From positions 1 through 52,115 of the IMG/VR virus record IMGVR_UViG_3300020045_004852: a stretch of DNA of 52,115 nucleotides, one strand, 5' to 3'. The translations under genes were made by a program, and so were the position numbers. Of the stretch, positions 15,564 to 24,537 are shown one piece after another. Position 1 is the stretch's first letter. Each line of letters starts with the position of its first letter. The stretch is from a virus. Taxonomy: Duplodnaviria; Caudoviricetes. Below the pieces are notes generated by a model. That model had not been told where the DNA came from. It ran no database searches and was given only the letters and a program-made list of their open reading frames with translations.

Positions 15564-16256
15564 ATGAATCTCACAACCAAATCCCAAGCCGCAACCATGA
15601 CTTCGCGGGAAATCGCAGAGTTGACTGGTAAGCGCCATTTCCATGTCACCGCCGACATTGAAAAGATGCTCCTTGAACTTAGCGAAGATGCCACGGCTTT
15701 TCGTGGCATCTATCTGGACTCCATGAACCGCCAGCAGACCGAATACCACCTTGACCGTGAGCTGACCGAGACCCTGCTGACCGGCTACAGCGCCGTTTTG
15801 CGCCGCAAAGTCATTGCCCGCTGGCGCGAACTGGAAGCTGCGCCTCAGTTCTCCATTCCGCAAACCTATTCGCAGGCCATGCGTTTGGCCGCCGACCAAG
15901 CCGACCAAATCGAAGCGCAACAGGCGCCGCTTGCGCTGGCCGCGCCCAAGGTGGCCTTCGTTGACAAATACGTCGAATCCACGGGGTTAAAAGGATTCCG
16001 CGAAGTCGCCAAGCCGCTGAAGGCCAGTGAGCCGCGATTCCGTGAATTTCTGGTGGCTGAAAAAATCATGTACCGCCTGGGCGGCGAGTGGGCGGCATAC
16101 GCACAACACATTGACATTGGGCGTTTTGAGGTCAAGACTGGCACCAGCGAGGCCAGCCAGCACGCCTTTACACGCACGATGTTCACCGGCAAAGGGGTGG
16201 AGTGGGTTGCGGGCTTGTGGGCTGTGCATTGCTTGCGTGGCGAGGTGGCCGCATGA
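15564..16256 (+). CDS. Phage antirepressor (Rha N-terminus plus KilAC/ANT C-terminus)
   Basis: MTSREIAELTGKRH...IPQTYSQAMRLAAD...APKVAFVDKYV...TMFTGKGVEWV. Confidence 0.9.
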   Translation: MNLTTKSQAATMTSREIAELTGKRHFHVTADIEKMLLELSEDATAFRGIYLDSMNRQQTEYHLDRELTETLLTGYSAVLRRKVIARWRELEAAPQFSIPQTYSQAMRLAADQADQIEAQQAPLALAAPKVAFVDKYVESTGLKGFREVAKPLKASEPRFREFLVAEKIMYRLGGEWAAYAQHIDIGRFEVKTGTSEASQHAFTRTMFTGKGVEWVAGLWAVHCLRGEVAA

Positions 16257-17122
16257 GCTTTCAGGCTATCGCGTGGGCTGTGCGTCAAAAGCTGCCATGC
16301 ACCCAAAAAATCGTCCTGGTCATGCTGGCCGACCGACACAACGGCGACACAGGGCGCTGCGACCCTTCACATGATCGGCTGGCCGATGACTGCGGCCTGA
16401 CGCGCCGATCAGTCATGGATCAGCTTGCCAAACTTGATTCAACCGGATTCATCCGCACACATCACCGCGTTATCGGCAAACTGAAAACATCAAACCAGTA
16501 CACGCTGATGCTGGGTTTTGGCGTTCCTGCCGATGTGAAGGAGTTTCACATCGAAGTGCAACAGGTTCCACAGGTAGTGCAACAGGTTCACCAGGGTAGT
16601 GAACATGTTGCACATAAACCAGGAAAAGAACCAGTAAAAGAACCTATTAAAGAAAAGAAGAGCGCTGACGCGCCAGCGCCACGCCCGGCAAAGGCTGGAT
16701 TTCCAATTCCTGATGGCATCGAATCGCAGGCGTGGGCCGATTGGATGTTGGTGCGCAAGGCCAAGCGCGCACCGATGACGGAAACGGCGTGGAATCGTCA
16801 CGGGCGCGAAGCAGAGAAGGCCGGGATTAGCCCGAACGCCGCCGTTGTGGCTTGCGTCGAGTACAACTGGCAGGGCTTTGATGCTGGCTGGTATGCCGAG
16901 CGCCAAGCCCGTCAAGCGCTGGCAGAGTCCGGCCAGCGGCCAGCTCCACGCAGCACCGCCCCCGCCGAGACTTTCCGCGAACGCGACGCCCGTCTGCAAC
17001 GCGAAGAATGGGAGCGCAGCACGGGCAAGAAGTGGCCTGAACAAGACTTGCCCGCCAGCGCTCGCCGTCAGCCAGCCCCAGCCCCGTACACACTTGAAGC
17101 TGAAACCAGGAGACTCGCATGA
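16253..17122 (+). CDS. Replication initiator (lambda O-like, N-terminal HTH)
   Basis: KIVLVMLAD...CDPSHDRLADDCGLTRRSV HTH; C-terminal WADWMLVRKAKRAPMT...WQGF; internal iterons. Confidence 0.85.
   Translation: MSFQAIAWAVRQKLPCTQKIVLVMLADRHNGDTGRCDPSHDRLADDCGLTRRSVMDQLAKLDSTGFIRTHHRVIGKLKTSNQYTLMLGFGVPADVKEFHIEVQQVPQVVQQVHQGSEHVAHKPGKEPVKEPIKEKKSADAPAPRPAKAGFPIPDGIESQAWADWMLVRKAKRAPMTETAWNRHGREAEKAGISPNAAVVACVEYNWQGFDAGWYAERQARQALAESGQRPAPRSTAPAETFRERDARLQREEWERSTGKKWPEQDLPASARRQPAPAPYTLEAETRRLA
16532..16660. other. Putative replication origin: iterons plus A-rich tract inside the initiator gene
   Basis: AGTGCAACAGGTTC at 16555 and 16576, an inverted copy GTGAACATGTTGCAC at 16599, a palindrome at 16532-16552, then a purine/A-rich run. 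Confidence 0.7.
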
Positions 17123-17622
17123 ACCAAGAAATGATCGTAGAGGTCACGACCTGCCCGAACATGGCCACATTCATCGACTGGCTTTTTGACCGCTTGCACA
17201 CCACATACGGTGCGTCGTGGAAGCGCCAGTTTGATGGCCTGCCCGAGTCCAGTGTGAAAAGCCAGTGGGGCTATGAGCTGGCCTGGGCGTTCGGCAGAAA
17301 AGAAGTGATCCGTTTTGCACTGGAAAACCTGCCCGAGCGCCCGCCGAACGGGATCGAGTTCCGCAACTTGTGCCGAAAAGCCCCGGCCCCGACTGTCGTG
17401 CTACTGCCTGAGCCAAAAGCCGACCCAGCCCGCGTCCGTGCCGCGCTCCAGACGATTCCACCGGCCCCAGTGGTCGGGCGGCTGGACTGGGCGCGGGCAC
17501 TGCAACGGCGCGACGAAGACAATCCTAAAAGCGTGACGCCGACGATTCGGAAAATGTACCGCGACGCGCTGGGGCTGAATAGAGTGATTCCAGTGGCGCA
17601 GGTTGAACCAGAAAATAATTGA
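17119..17622 (+). CDS. Replication protein P-like (helicase loader)
   Basis: LFDRLHTTYGASW...W...L...ERPPNGIEFRNLC; ATGA-coupled after the initiator. Confidence 0.7.
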   Translation: MNQEMIVEVTTCPNMATFIDWLFDRLHTTYGASWKRQFDGLPESSVKSQWGYELAWAFGRKEVIRFALENLPERPPNGIEFRNLCRKAPAPTVVLLPEPKADPARVRAALQTIPPAPVVGRLDWARALQRRDEDNPKSVTPTIRKMYRDALGLNRVIPVAQVEPENN

Positions 17623-17647
17623 AATTTAAAACAAACTGGTGTAAAAT
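17619..17647 (+). promoter_or_regulatory. Sigma70 promoter for c4-like RNA 2
   Basis: TTGAAA-N17-TAAAAT. Confidence 0.8.
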
Positions 17648-17653
17648 ATCAGC

Positions 17654-17776
17654 ACTGCAAATAATTGCAGTACCGGCTTGGCCGCCGGGTTTTAGCAGAG
17701 CTACACATGCGATCTGGCGGGTGCTGACCCGTTCGGCCAACCCCGAAAGGGGAGATCGCAGGTGTAGCTTTTTTTT
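17654..17776 (+). ncRNA. c4-type antisense RNA 2 with upstream a1/b1 target leader
   Basis: Outer stem 17699-17715/17753-17769, hairpin containing TGCTGA, linker CGGCCAA, CCCC-GAAA-GGGG, U8; complementary TTGGCCG and TAGCA lie upstream. Confidence 0.8.
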
Positions 17777-17785
17777 GGGTTCAAA

Positions 17786-18088
17786 ATGAACAAAAACGAA
17801 AATCAGCAAAAGCCACGGCTTCGCTGGAAAAAGAATGAGGCTCTGACGGGTTTGTCGCGAATTGGTGCCGGGCCACGCGGAAGTTTTTTGCATGATGGAG
17901 TGCGCAAATACGCATCCGTCTTGGCTCACTCGGTATTTATCCGAAATGGGAAGATGGGTTGGTATTGGGTTGCATCAAGCGGGACTGGAATCGCTTACAA
18001 AAATACGTGTGACGCTAAAGGGGTGACGGAAGCCGAAGCCAAAAAAGCGGCAATGGAATACGTTAAATGGTGCTTGGCAGGGAATTAA
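17786..18088 (+). CDS. Hypothetical basic protein downstream of c4-like RNA 2
   Basis: 100-aa ORF immediately after the U-tract. Confidence 0.7.
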   Translation: MNKNENQQKPRLRWKKNEALTGLSRIGAGPRGSFLHDGVRKYASVLAHSVFIRNGKMGWYWVASSGTGIAYKNTCDAKGVTEAEAKKAAMEYVKWCLAGN

Positions 18089-18090
18089 AA

Positions 18091-18723
18091 ATGGTAGCCC
18101 CAAGAATAATGGAAATATGCGAACTGGTCGCAAATATCTCGCCGACCGGCACAGTCGTCACTGCTGACGTTGCGGAAGCCGCTGGATGCGCAAGCCGTAA
18201 AGTGTCAAGCCTGCTGTCGCTGGCCGTGGCAAATGGCTTGATGACGGCAAATTATCAGACAACGCCGCTCAACTACACGCTAAAAGAAGACTGGCGGGAA
18301 ATTGCGCGAGTCAGCAACTGCCGACCGCCGACGATCATCGAAACGGTCTGCGCGCTGGCGCAAAAGAGCGGTGAAATCACGCCGATCCAGGCTGCAAATC
18401 AGCTGGACTGCACTGGCAGGCGGGCCTATGCGCGGCTGGCAACCGGCATGCAATACGGCTGGCTTACCCGCAAGCGTGACGGTCACGAAACCGTTTTCCG
18501 TGTCACGCAAGAATGGTTTAGGCATATCAACAACAACCTTGACAACCCCAGAATCATGGAGCTGGTTGCTGGGGCTGATGGCTGCACAGATACCGGCGAT
18601 GAATCTGAACATGGCGAGCCCGTCAAGCTGGTGATCGAATACGCTGGCCTGCCACCGCCCGGCCACCGGCGCCACTTGGGTGGGCATACTGCGCACAATC
18701 CTTGGGGCGGGGTGATGGTATGA
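18091..18723 (+). CDS. Protein with two putative winged-helix domains
   Basis: TADVAEAAGCASRKVSSLLS and TPIQAANQLDCTGRRAYARL are HTH-like segments. Confidence 0.65.
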   Translation: MVAPRIMEICELVANISPTGTVVTADVAEAAGCASRKVSSLLSLAVANGLMTANYQTTPLNYTLKEDWREIARVSNCRPPTIIETVCALAQKSGEITPIQAANQLDCTGRRAYARLATGMQYGWLTRKRDGHETVFRVTQEWFRHINNNLDNPRIMELVAGADGCTDTGDESEHGEPVKLVIEYAGLPPPGHRRHLGGHTAHNPWGGVMV

Positions 18724-18920
18724 GTACACTTATCAAGACAGCAAAAGATGCAAGGGCGGCCATCGGTTATCGCGTTGAATGGTTCGATGAAAATTATTCT
18801 CATCATGCAGGGGTCATCACTGATGCATTCGGATTTGATGTAAAAATTGATTGTGGAGAATGGATTAATCGCAGAAAAATGCTTGGCTTAAAAATCCATC
18901 GGATGTACGATAAATCATGA
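18720..18920 (+). CDS. Hypothetical protein
   Basis: ATGA overlaps at both ends. Confidence 0.65.
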   Translation: MSTLIKTAKDARAAIGYRVEWFDENYSHHAGVITDAFGFDVKIDCGEWINRRKMLGLKIHRMYDKS

Positions 18921-19144
18921 CCGACTGCCCGAAAACCCTGGGCGCGATCATGCGCGACCCAGCAGAGCTGGCACAGGCACAAGCCGACATTGCGACGGCA
19001 TGGTGCGCCTCACTTCACCAGCCAGAGCCTGAGCCGCAGCCGGTGAAGTCGCCAGCCCCGCGCATCGACGTGGCGACGATCAAAGGCATTGAGTGCCCAG
19101 CAGTACGCCGGGTTTTGTTAGTAACCGCAGAAGACTGGAGCTGA
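18917..19144 (+). CDS. Hypothetical protein
   Basis: ATGA-coupled. Confidence 0.6.
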   Translation: MTDCPKTLGAIMRDPAELAQAQADIATAWCASLHQPEPEPQPVKSPAPRIDVATIKGIECPAVRRVLLVTAEDWS

Positions 19145-19146
19145 TT

Positions 19147-19638
19147 ATGCTATTCAAAAGTTTGAAGGTTGTGCCCACCAAGTTTGCTAAAAAGCTGGTG
19201 GAAACTATTGTGCCTGGCGGTTATGAAAACCACTGGCTTGTTCGCAAAAGGATTATGGATCCGTGCATTATCGAGGACGTGGAATCCGGCGAGGCGTATG
19301 TTCATCCCAACCTGCTGTCGCAAATCAAAGCTGACCCGCAGCGCCTGACGATTTTCCTGGTCGGCCCATGCGCTGACCAAAACCCGGATTTTGAGGAAGA
19401 AGCGGCGCGCCTGCGGGCGCTAGGGCACCGCGTCCGGTCGCCTGTCATAGTGACCGGCACGACGCCGCAGCGCCGACGGATTGCGATCACGATGATGGCC
19501 GATAACTGCGACACCGCCGCGCTGCTGCCTGGCTGGACGCGCTCAAAAGACGCGGCGTACTTGCGCGACATTGCCATTTTTTTGGGGCTGGACGTGCGGA
19601 CGGCTGAGGATATTACAGAGTCGGTGGCGGGCGCATGA
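19147..19638 (+). CDS. DUF4406-like (nucleoside deoxyribosyltransferase fold) protein with N-terminal extension
   Basis: IFLVGP...F.EEAARLRALGHRVRSP...CDTAALLPGWTRSKDA. Confidence 0.7.
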   Translation: MLFKSLKVVPTKFAKKLVETIVPGGYENHWLVRKRIMDPCIIEDVESGEAYVHPNLLSQIKADPQRLTIFLVGPCADQNPDFEEEAARLRALGHRVRSPVIVTGTTPQRRRIAITMMADNCDTAALLPGWTRSKDAAYLRDIAIFLGLDVRTAEDITESVAGA

Positions 19639-19853
19639 CCGGCGAACAAGAAATTGCCGAAATCTGGCGCGCCGCAGAGGCCCGGCGCGATTCTGACCAG
19701 CCGCCAATCAGCACTCTAACGCAGCTCACTGAGGCTGAGGTGGATCGGGCGCATGAGCTGGGGTTGGAGATTCAAGCTGGGCGGGCGTGGTCGGCTGAAC
19801 AGGCCCGCGCCAGGCTGCTGAAAAAGCATGCGCTGCGCAGGGCGACGGCATGA
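19635..19853 (+). CDS. Hypothetical protein
   Basis: ATGA overlaps at both ends. Confidence 0.65.
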   Translation: MTGEQEIAEIWRAAEARRDSDQPPISTLTQLTEAEVDRAHELGLEIQAGRAWSAEQARARLLKKHALRRATA

Positions 19854-20401
19854 CGCGCAAATGCAAGGCGTGCCGGGCCACGTTTGTTCCGGCGCGCCCA
19901 ATGCAAGTGGCATGCTGCCCAGAATGCGCGATAGCTATTGCCGCCGCTGGGCGGGCGAAGCGTGAAAAATCCGCCGCCGTCGCTGACCGGCGCGAGACAA
20001 AGGCGAAGCTGGAAAATCTCAAATCTCGGGCGCAGTGGGCGAAAGAGGCGCAAGCCGCATTCAATTCATTTATCCGCGTCCGCGATGCTGACCAGCCCTG
20101 TATATCGTGCGGGCGCCATCACAATGGACAGTACCACGCTGGGCATTATCTGAGCGTCGGCGCCCGGCCAGAGTTGAGATTTGAGCCACTCAACGTCCAC
20201 AAGCAGTGCGCCCCATGCAACACCCACTTGTCGGGCAATGTCGTGCAATACCGCAAGGCGCTGATTGTCAAAATAGGGGTCGATCTGGTTGAGTGGATGG
20301 AAGGCCCGCACCCAGTGCGTCACTATGCGACACAAGAGCTGGCTGAAATAAAAAAGCTGTATGTGACAGCAAAACGTGAACTTTTGAAGGCTAGGGCATG
20401 A
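19850..20401 (+). CDS. ninG: NinG/Rap recombination endonuclease
   Basis: KCKAC...CCPEC, AQAAFNSFIRVRD...CISCG...HAGHYLSVGARPELRF...NVHKQCAPCNTHLSGN. Confidence 0.92.
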   Translation: MTRKCKACRATFVPARPMQVACCPECAIAIAAAGRAKREKSAAVADRRETKAKLENLKSRAQWAKEAQAAFNSFIRVRDADQPCISCGRHHNGQYHAGHYLSVGARPELRFEPLNVHKQCAPCNTHLSGNVVQYRKALIVKIGVDLVEWMEGPHPVRHYATQELAEIKKLYVTAKRELLKARA

Positions 20402-20619
20402 TTCAATTTTTGATGGCAGCCTGCGGGCTAACCTCGATTTACTGCGCAATGGGCGACAATCCGCGTCTGCGCAAGTTTGCGCCGATTATCGGCCTGGCCG
20501 GACAGCCTGCATGGGCGTGGTTTGCATGGCAGTCGCAGGCATGGGGCATGGGTCTGCTGGTGGCGGCCTACACGCTGGTTTACATCCGGGGTATCTGGGT
20601 GCAATGGAGTAAAAAATGA
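20398..20619 (+). CDS. Small three-TM membrane protein
   Basis: Hydrophobic, with GLAGQPAWAWF; ATGA-coupled. Confidence 0.7.
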   Translation: MIQFLMAACGLTSIYCAMGDNPRLRKFAPIIGLAGQPAWAWFAWQSQAWGMGLLVAAYTLVYIRGIWVQWSKK

Positions 20620-20801
20620 CAGCTCGGCCGATTATCTTGTGCGATGACTACAGCTACCCGCTGCACTTGCAGGGCCACGTCAGCACACTGCCTGCCGACG
20701 ACTCCTATGACGTGGTGGCCGCGCTGCATGCCGTGGTGCTGGAAGTGACAGGCAAGCCCGTCGATGTGGCGCCCAAGCCGCGCATGGGGTTTCTGCCGTG
20801 A
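20616..20801 (+). CDS. Hypothetical protein
   Basis: ATGA-coupled; ends in RMGFLP. Confidence 0.65.
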   Translation: MTARPIILCDDYSYPLHLQGHVSTLPADDSYDVVAALHAVVLEVTGKPVDVAPKPRMGFLP

Positions 20802-20965
20802 CCGCGCCACGCGCCCTCACGCCCACACAGCACGCACTGGCCACGGCCTACCACTTACACCACTTCGCATGCCGCCAGTGCATTGCCGCCGGGCGTGGTG
20901 CTGGCTATGGCCTGCGCTGCGGCGTCGGCGCGGCGCTGTGGACAAACTATCAGGATGCACCGTGA
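20798..20965 (+). CDS. 55-aa His/Cys (probably zinc-binding) protein
   Basis: Hand-translated from a GTGA overlap: ...AYHLHHFACRQCIAAGRGAGYGLRCGVGAALWTNY... Confidence 0.65.
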   Translation: MTAPRALTPTQHALATAYHLHHFACRQCIAAGRGAGYGLRCGVGAALWTNYQDAP

Positions 20966-21048
20966 TCCGGGTGGCCGCCATTTAAGCCAAAAAATGGCAA
21001 GTTGAGCAGCACGGAATCAGTGCAAAAAACTAATGGAGTCAACGACTT

Positions 21049-21285
21049 ATGGAAAAATCAGGCGGATTTTATGGTGTTCGAGCAGCACCGCAAGCGCGGG
21101 ATCTGGTGGCCGTCGAATACTCGCCAGTATGGCCATATCACATCCCCAGAGGTAGCATGTGTATGTCATGCCAGCATGCGCTGCGCGACTGCGGAAATCT
21201 GGATTTTCCTGGCATGCCGGTGATAACCAAAGGCATCGACTGGGCTGTCGTGCGCTGCACTGAGTTCACAAAGGCAGCGCCATGA
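21049..21285 (+). CDS. Small Cys-rich phage protein
   Basis: PRGSMCMSC...C..LDF..MPVI...VRCTEF. Confidence 0.65.
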   Translation: MEKSGGFYGVRAAPQARDLVAVEYSPVWPYHIPRGSMCMSCQHALRDCGNLDFPGMPVITKGIDWAVVRCTEFTKAAP

Positions 21286-21508
21286 AATACAACTACCCCG
21301 GCGCAGGCGGCCTACCCGCGCCAACCGGCTGCCAGCTCGTCCTGCTGACCGCTGGCGGGGCGCACGTCCTGGGCCGCTGGCGCGACGATGGCGATTTTTG
21401 GCGTGGTGCTGGCCGCCTGAGCGCAGTCAGAGCGCGGAAGACAGAGTTAGGGCGGCTAAGATTGAGCGGGTGGCGAAATTAGCTAAAAATCATTGCGAGA
21501 TTGAATAA
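21282..21508 (+). pseudogene. Small phage protein, probably frameshifted at the T5 run 21395-21399 (frame-0 stop at 21482)
   Basis: QLVLLTAGG..VLGRW...F continues naturally as LAWCWPPER... only in the -1 frame. Confidence 0.45.
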
Positions 21509-21521
21509 AGCATGGCATAAT
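21493..21521 (+). promoter_or_regulatory. Cassette promoter A
   Basis: TTGCGA-N17-CATAAT with a TG extension. Confidence 0.7.
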
Positions 21522-21551
21522 TCAATCATCAACAACGCAATGGAGAAGAAA

Positions 21552-21845
21552 ATGAAAATCGACGGAACCGCATTCAGGGTCACAGGCAGCACTGATTACC
21601 CAGTCTGCGACTGCTGCGGCAAAACAAACCTGACCCGCGCTGTGGCGGTCGCCAACGAATTCGGCGAAGAATTCAATGTCGGCTGCATCTGTGCATCGAA
21701 GCTGCTGCGCCAGGTGTATCAAGGTAAAAAAGTCAAGATTTCCGCTGACGCCGTGATGTCAATCGGAAAGGCTGCAAAGGCCAGCCCGGAATGGCAAGCG
21801 CGCAACAATTACTGGGCTCACAGCTTCGCGCTGGTGGCCGCATGA
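21552..21845 (+). CDS. Zinc-finger-like hypothetical protein
   Basis: CDCCGKTNL...VGCICA; GGAG RBS. Confidence 0.75.
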   Translation: MKIDGTAFRVTGSTDYPVCDCCGKTNLTRAVAVANEFGEEFNVGCICASKLLRQVYQGKKVKISADAVMSIGKAAKASPEWQARNNYWAHSFALVAA

Positions 21846-21909
21846 AGGCCGCCAAGACCATCCACCAATGCCCCGCGTGCGAGCGTAGTTACGCGACGCG
21901 GCGCTACCA

Positions 21910-22191
21910 ATGAAGCCAGACGCACGCAAAGACAACGGCGGCGCCCGCCCTGGCGCTGGCCGCAAGCCGACACTGACGCAAAAGCGCACCTACCGGCTGA
22001 CGGATGAGCAGGACGCGATGGCGCAAGAACTGGGAGGCTCGCCCTGGCTGCAAGGCGTCCTCAATCTGCTGCTGGCCGACCGCCCCGACGCGCTGATCAT
22101 GCTGCTGCTGGACAGGCTGGAGAAAAAGCACGGGCGCGAGTGGCTGGCTGGGCTGGTCGTAAAAATCAATGAGAGGGTTGAAAATGGCTGA
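21910..22191 (+). CDS. Small DNA-binding protein (GGARPGAGRK arm plus ribbon-helix-helix-like region)
   Basis: GGARPGAGRKP...TYRLTDEQ...LGGSPWLQGVL. Confidence 0.75.
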   Translation: MKPDARKDNGGARPGAGRKPTLTQKRTYRLTDEQDAMAQELGGSPWLQGVLNLLLADRPDALIMLLLDRLEKKHGREWLAGLVVKINERVENG

Positions 22192-22510
22192 AAGTGCAAT
22201 GTCAGTGCAGAGGCGTCACCCCTTGTATTTCAAGGCGCGTGCTGAGTGCGACAGGCTGAATCTTGTCGGCGAGGATGATTTTCTGCGCGTGCTTGGATCG
22301 CTGTCGCGGGATCAATTCTTGCGCGAGTCCGAGCCATGGAGTCATCGGCGCGCAACTTTCTACGCCTTCAAATCACCCATGTACACAATGAGTGGTGAAG
22401 TGATTTTCAGTGAGCCTCACTTCTCGGAGTCGGAAAAAGAGTCTTTGCGAATTATTGACGAGGCAATTGCCGAAATCGCCAAAAAGTACAGCATCGGGGA
22501 TGGGTCTTGA
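22184..22510 (+). CDS. Hypothetical protein
   Basis: ORF overlapping its neighbours at both ends. Confidence 0.65.
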   Translation: MAESAMSVQRRHPLYFKARAECDRLNLVGEDDFLRVLGSLSRDQFLRESEPWSHRRATFYAFKSPMYTMSGEVIFSEPHFSESEKESLRIIDEAIAEIAKKYSIGDGS

Positions 22511-22917
22511 AGAAGACAATTTTCTGCCGCGAGCCAAAGCAAGCACACCAAGTGCTGACCGCCGTGCTGTGGCCGCTCATCAAGGGTTGGTTGATCTGCG
22601 GCGGCGGCGCGCTGGCGGTGACGGTCAAGCCCGAGACGCGGAGCCTTGAGCAAAACGCCCGGCTATGGGCGATGCTCGCAGACGTGTCGCGTCAGGTGGT
22701 CTGGCATGGCCGCAAGCTGTCACCCGAAGAATGGAAGCACGTCTTCACCGCTGCACTCAAAAAGCAGGATGTAGTGCCCAGCCTGGACGGCGGGTTTGTC
22801 GTGCTGGGCCAGTCCACCAGCAGCATGACCAAGCGCGAAATGTCGGACATGCAGACGCTGATGGAGGCATTCGGCGCGGAGCAGGGTGTGGCGTTTTACG
22901 ACCTGGAGCCAGGGTAA
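22507..22917 (+). CDS. ninB: NinB/Orf recombination protein
   Basis: TRSLEQNARLWAMLADVSRQVVWHGRKLSPEEWKHVFTAAL...VVLGQSTSSMTKREMSD. Confidence 0.92.
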   Translation: MKKTIFCREPKQAHQVLTAVLWPLIKGWLICGGGALAVTVKPETRSLEQNARLWAMLADVSRQVVWHGRKLSPEEWKHVFTAALKKQDVVPSLDGGFVVLGQSTSSMTKREMSDMQTLMEAFGAEQGVAFYDLEPG

Positions 22918-23198
22918 TGCACTGCCATGCCTGCGGGCGAAAACTGCTGCTGCCAGCCTACCGGGCGCCCGTCAGCGCTGGCGGATGGGCTCTCGGGCCG
23001 GTGTGCGTGCAAAAGACCGACCTGCCGGCTCACATCATGCGCGTTCTGTACAAGGACCGCACCGCGTGGGTGATGATGCTGGGCACTGGGGACGCACCCA
23101 GGCGCAAGCGCATTGCTGGAGGCGTGCCGGTGACGCGCTTGCGAAAAATGCAGGCCGGGCAAATGGAGTTGGGGCTCGAAGACGTTTCAGGCCCGTGA
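22917..23198 (+). CDS. Hypothetical zinc-finger protein
   Basis: MHCHACGRKL...LGPVC; TAATG overlap with ninB. Confidence 0.65.
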   Translation: MHCHACGRKLLLPAYRAPVSAGGWALGPVCVQKTDLPAHIMRVLYKDRTAWVMMLGTGDAPRRKRIAGGVPVTRLRKMQAGQMELGLEDVSGP

Positions 23199-23411
23199 CT
23201 GTGTGCGCCCCAGCTTGCGCCGCGCATCGAGCAAGGCCATGGAGATAGCTGCCACCGCGCCATCGGCATAGCCAGCTGCCACCAAATCGGCCAGAGCTTG
23301 CGCCGCGTCGGGCTGAAGGTGGCCGCCGGGCATGCGCCTGCCGCCCCTGGCGATGAGTGCTGCATTAGCGCGCAGTGTGCGCTGGGATGGGGTGAGATTT
23401 TTTGTTTCCAT
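23187..23411 (-). CDS. Small putative DNA-binding regulator, leaderless and divergent
   Basis: TPSQRT...LIARGGRRMPGGHLQPDAAQAL; ATG 7 nt after a TACAAT -10 box. Confidence 0.65.
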   Translation of the reverse strand: METKNLTPSQRTLRANAALIARGGRRMPGGHLQPDAAQALADLVAAGYADGAVAAISMALLDARRKLGRTQSRA

Positions 23412-23417
23412 TCCTGA

Positions 23418-23490
23418 ATTGTAAACGCTTAACAAATAGTTCAAAAAGTATTGCTTGGCCTATTGCGTTAAGCGTTTAACGTGGCATAAT
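23418..23490. promoter_or_regulatory. Divergent promoters (cassette B) with two inverted operator copies
   Basis: GTAAACGCTTAAC at 23421-23433 and GTTAAGCGTTTAAC at 23467-23480, each in a promoter spacer; rightward TTGCGT-N16-CATAAT with TG extension. Confidence 0.75.
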
Positions 23491-23534
23491 TCAGTCATGC
23501 ACCGGATTGGCTGGTGCGACACAGAAAGAAAACC

Positions 23535-23747
23535 ATGAAAACAGCAGCAGACTACCGCATTGAAAACATCAAAAAAATCATCGTCAACGGCAAGCCAAAG
23601 AAAGCCTTTCACGCCTACATCCGCAAAGCTGGCGCCTTGGGCAACGATGAATTCGTTTTTGATGGCGCTTACATAGCGCCCATCAAGACCGCAAACAAGA
23701 ATCTTTGGCTCATTCCGAACGAGAGCGATACTGGAAACGTGGATTGA
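23535..23747 (+). CDS. Hypothetical protein
   Basis: First ORF after cassette promoter B. Confidence 0.7.
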   Translation: MKTAADYRIENIKKIIVNGKPKKAFHAYIRKAGALGNDEFVFDGAYIAPIKTANKNLWLIPNESDTGNVD

Positions 23748-23835
23748 GTCGCACACCTTGGAGCCTGTCGCAGCAGGCTCTGGAGTGGTGATTTGCCACA
23801 GCGTCCCCGGCGCACCGGGAATTTTTGGAGGAAGC

Positions 23836-24024
23836 ATGAACATCAACTATCAAGATTTGCCGGTCGAGCGCCGTTACCGCGCCCTCTGGGATCGCCGGGA
23901 AATTGGCCGCGTCAGCGAAACCAGCCCAGAGCTGGCCGCCCGCAAGATTTTGAAAATCTGCGGCGAGACAATGGCAATTGACATCAAGAGCCCGCGCCTT
24001 GAGATCGAGGTGCTGCCGTGCTGA
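23836..24024 (+). CDS. Hypothetical protein
   Basis: GGAGG RBS. Confidence 0.65.
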   Translation: MNINYQDLPVERRYRALWDRREIGRVSETSPELAARKILKICGETMAIDIKSPRLEIEVLPC

Positions 24025-24177
24025 CCAAAAAGCCAAAAGCCGCCAGCCCAGAGCCCTTGGCCATTCCCGCCACGGGGCGGCCCGGTGCCGTGGACGGCCA
24101 AGCAAGTGCAAGAGCATGCGCGCTCAGAGCTGGCGAAAGTGCCGGACGCGCCGTTTTAAACAACCCAAGGAGCTGAA

Positions 24178-24513
24178 GTGGAAAATGATCGTGAATTGCT
24201 GGAGCTGGCTGCAAAGGCTGCTGGACACACGCTTTACCCCGAATGGGATTGTGCCGAATCAGGTATCTTCATTGGGTGCGGTGTTGATGGAGACCTACAG
24301 CGCGTCTGGAATCCGCTCGCAGACGATGGCGACGCGCTGCGGCTGGCGGTGAAACTGGGCATTGTCATAGATACAACTGATGGCGTTCATGTGATGTACA
24401 GAATATCGGGCTGCGCTCACCCAATCACGGAATATGAGTTTGATGACATTCAAGCAGCGACCCGCCGGGCCATCGTCCGCGCCGCTGCTGAAATCGGCAA
24501 GCAAATGCCGTAA
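24178..24513 (+). CDS. Conserved phage hypothetical protein
   Basis: DRELLELAAKAAG...WNPLADDGDALRLAVKL...ATRRAIVRAAAEIG; AGGAG RBS. Confidence 0.8.
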   Translation: MENDRELLELAAKAAGHTLYPEWDCAESGIFIGCGVDGDLQRVWNPLADDGDALRLAVKLGIVIDTTDGVHVMYRISGCAHPITEYEFDDIQAATRRAIVRAAAEIGKQMP

Positions 24514-24537
24514 CCCAACAAAGCGCAAATAATCACC

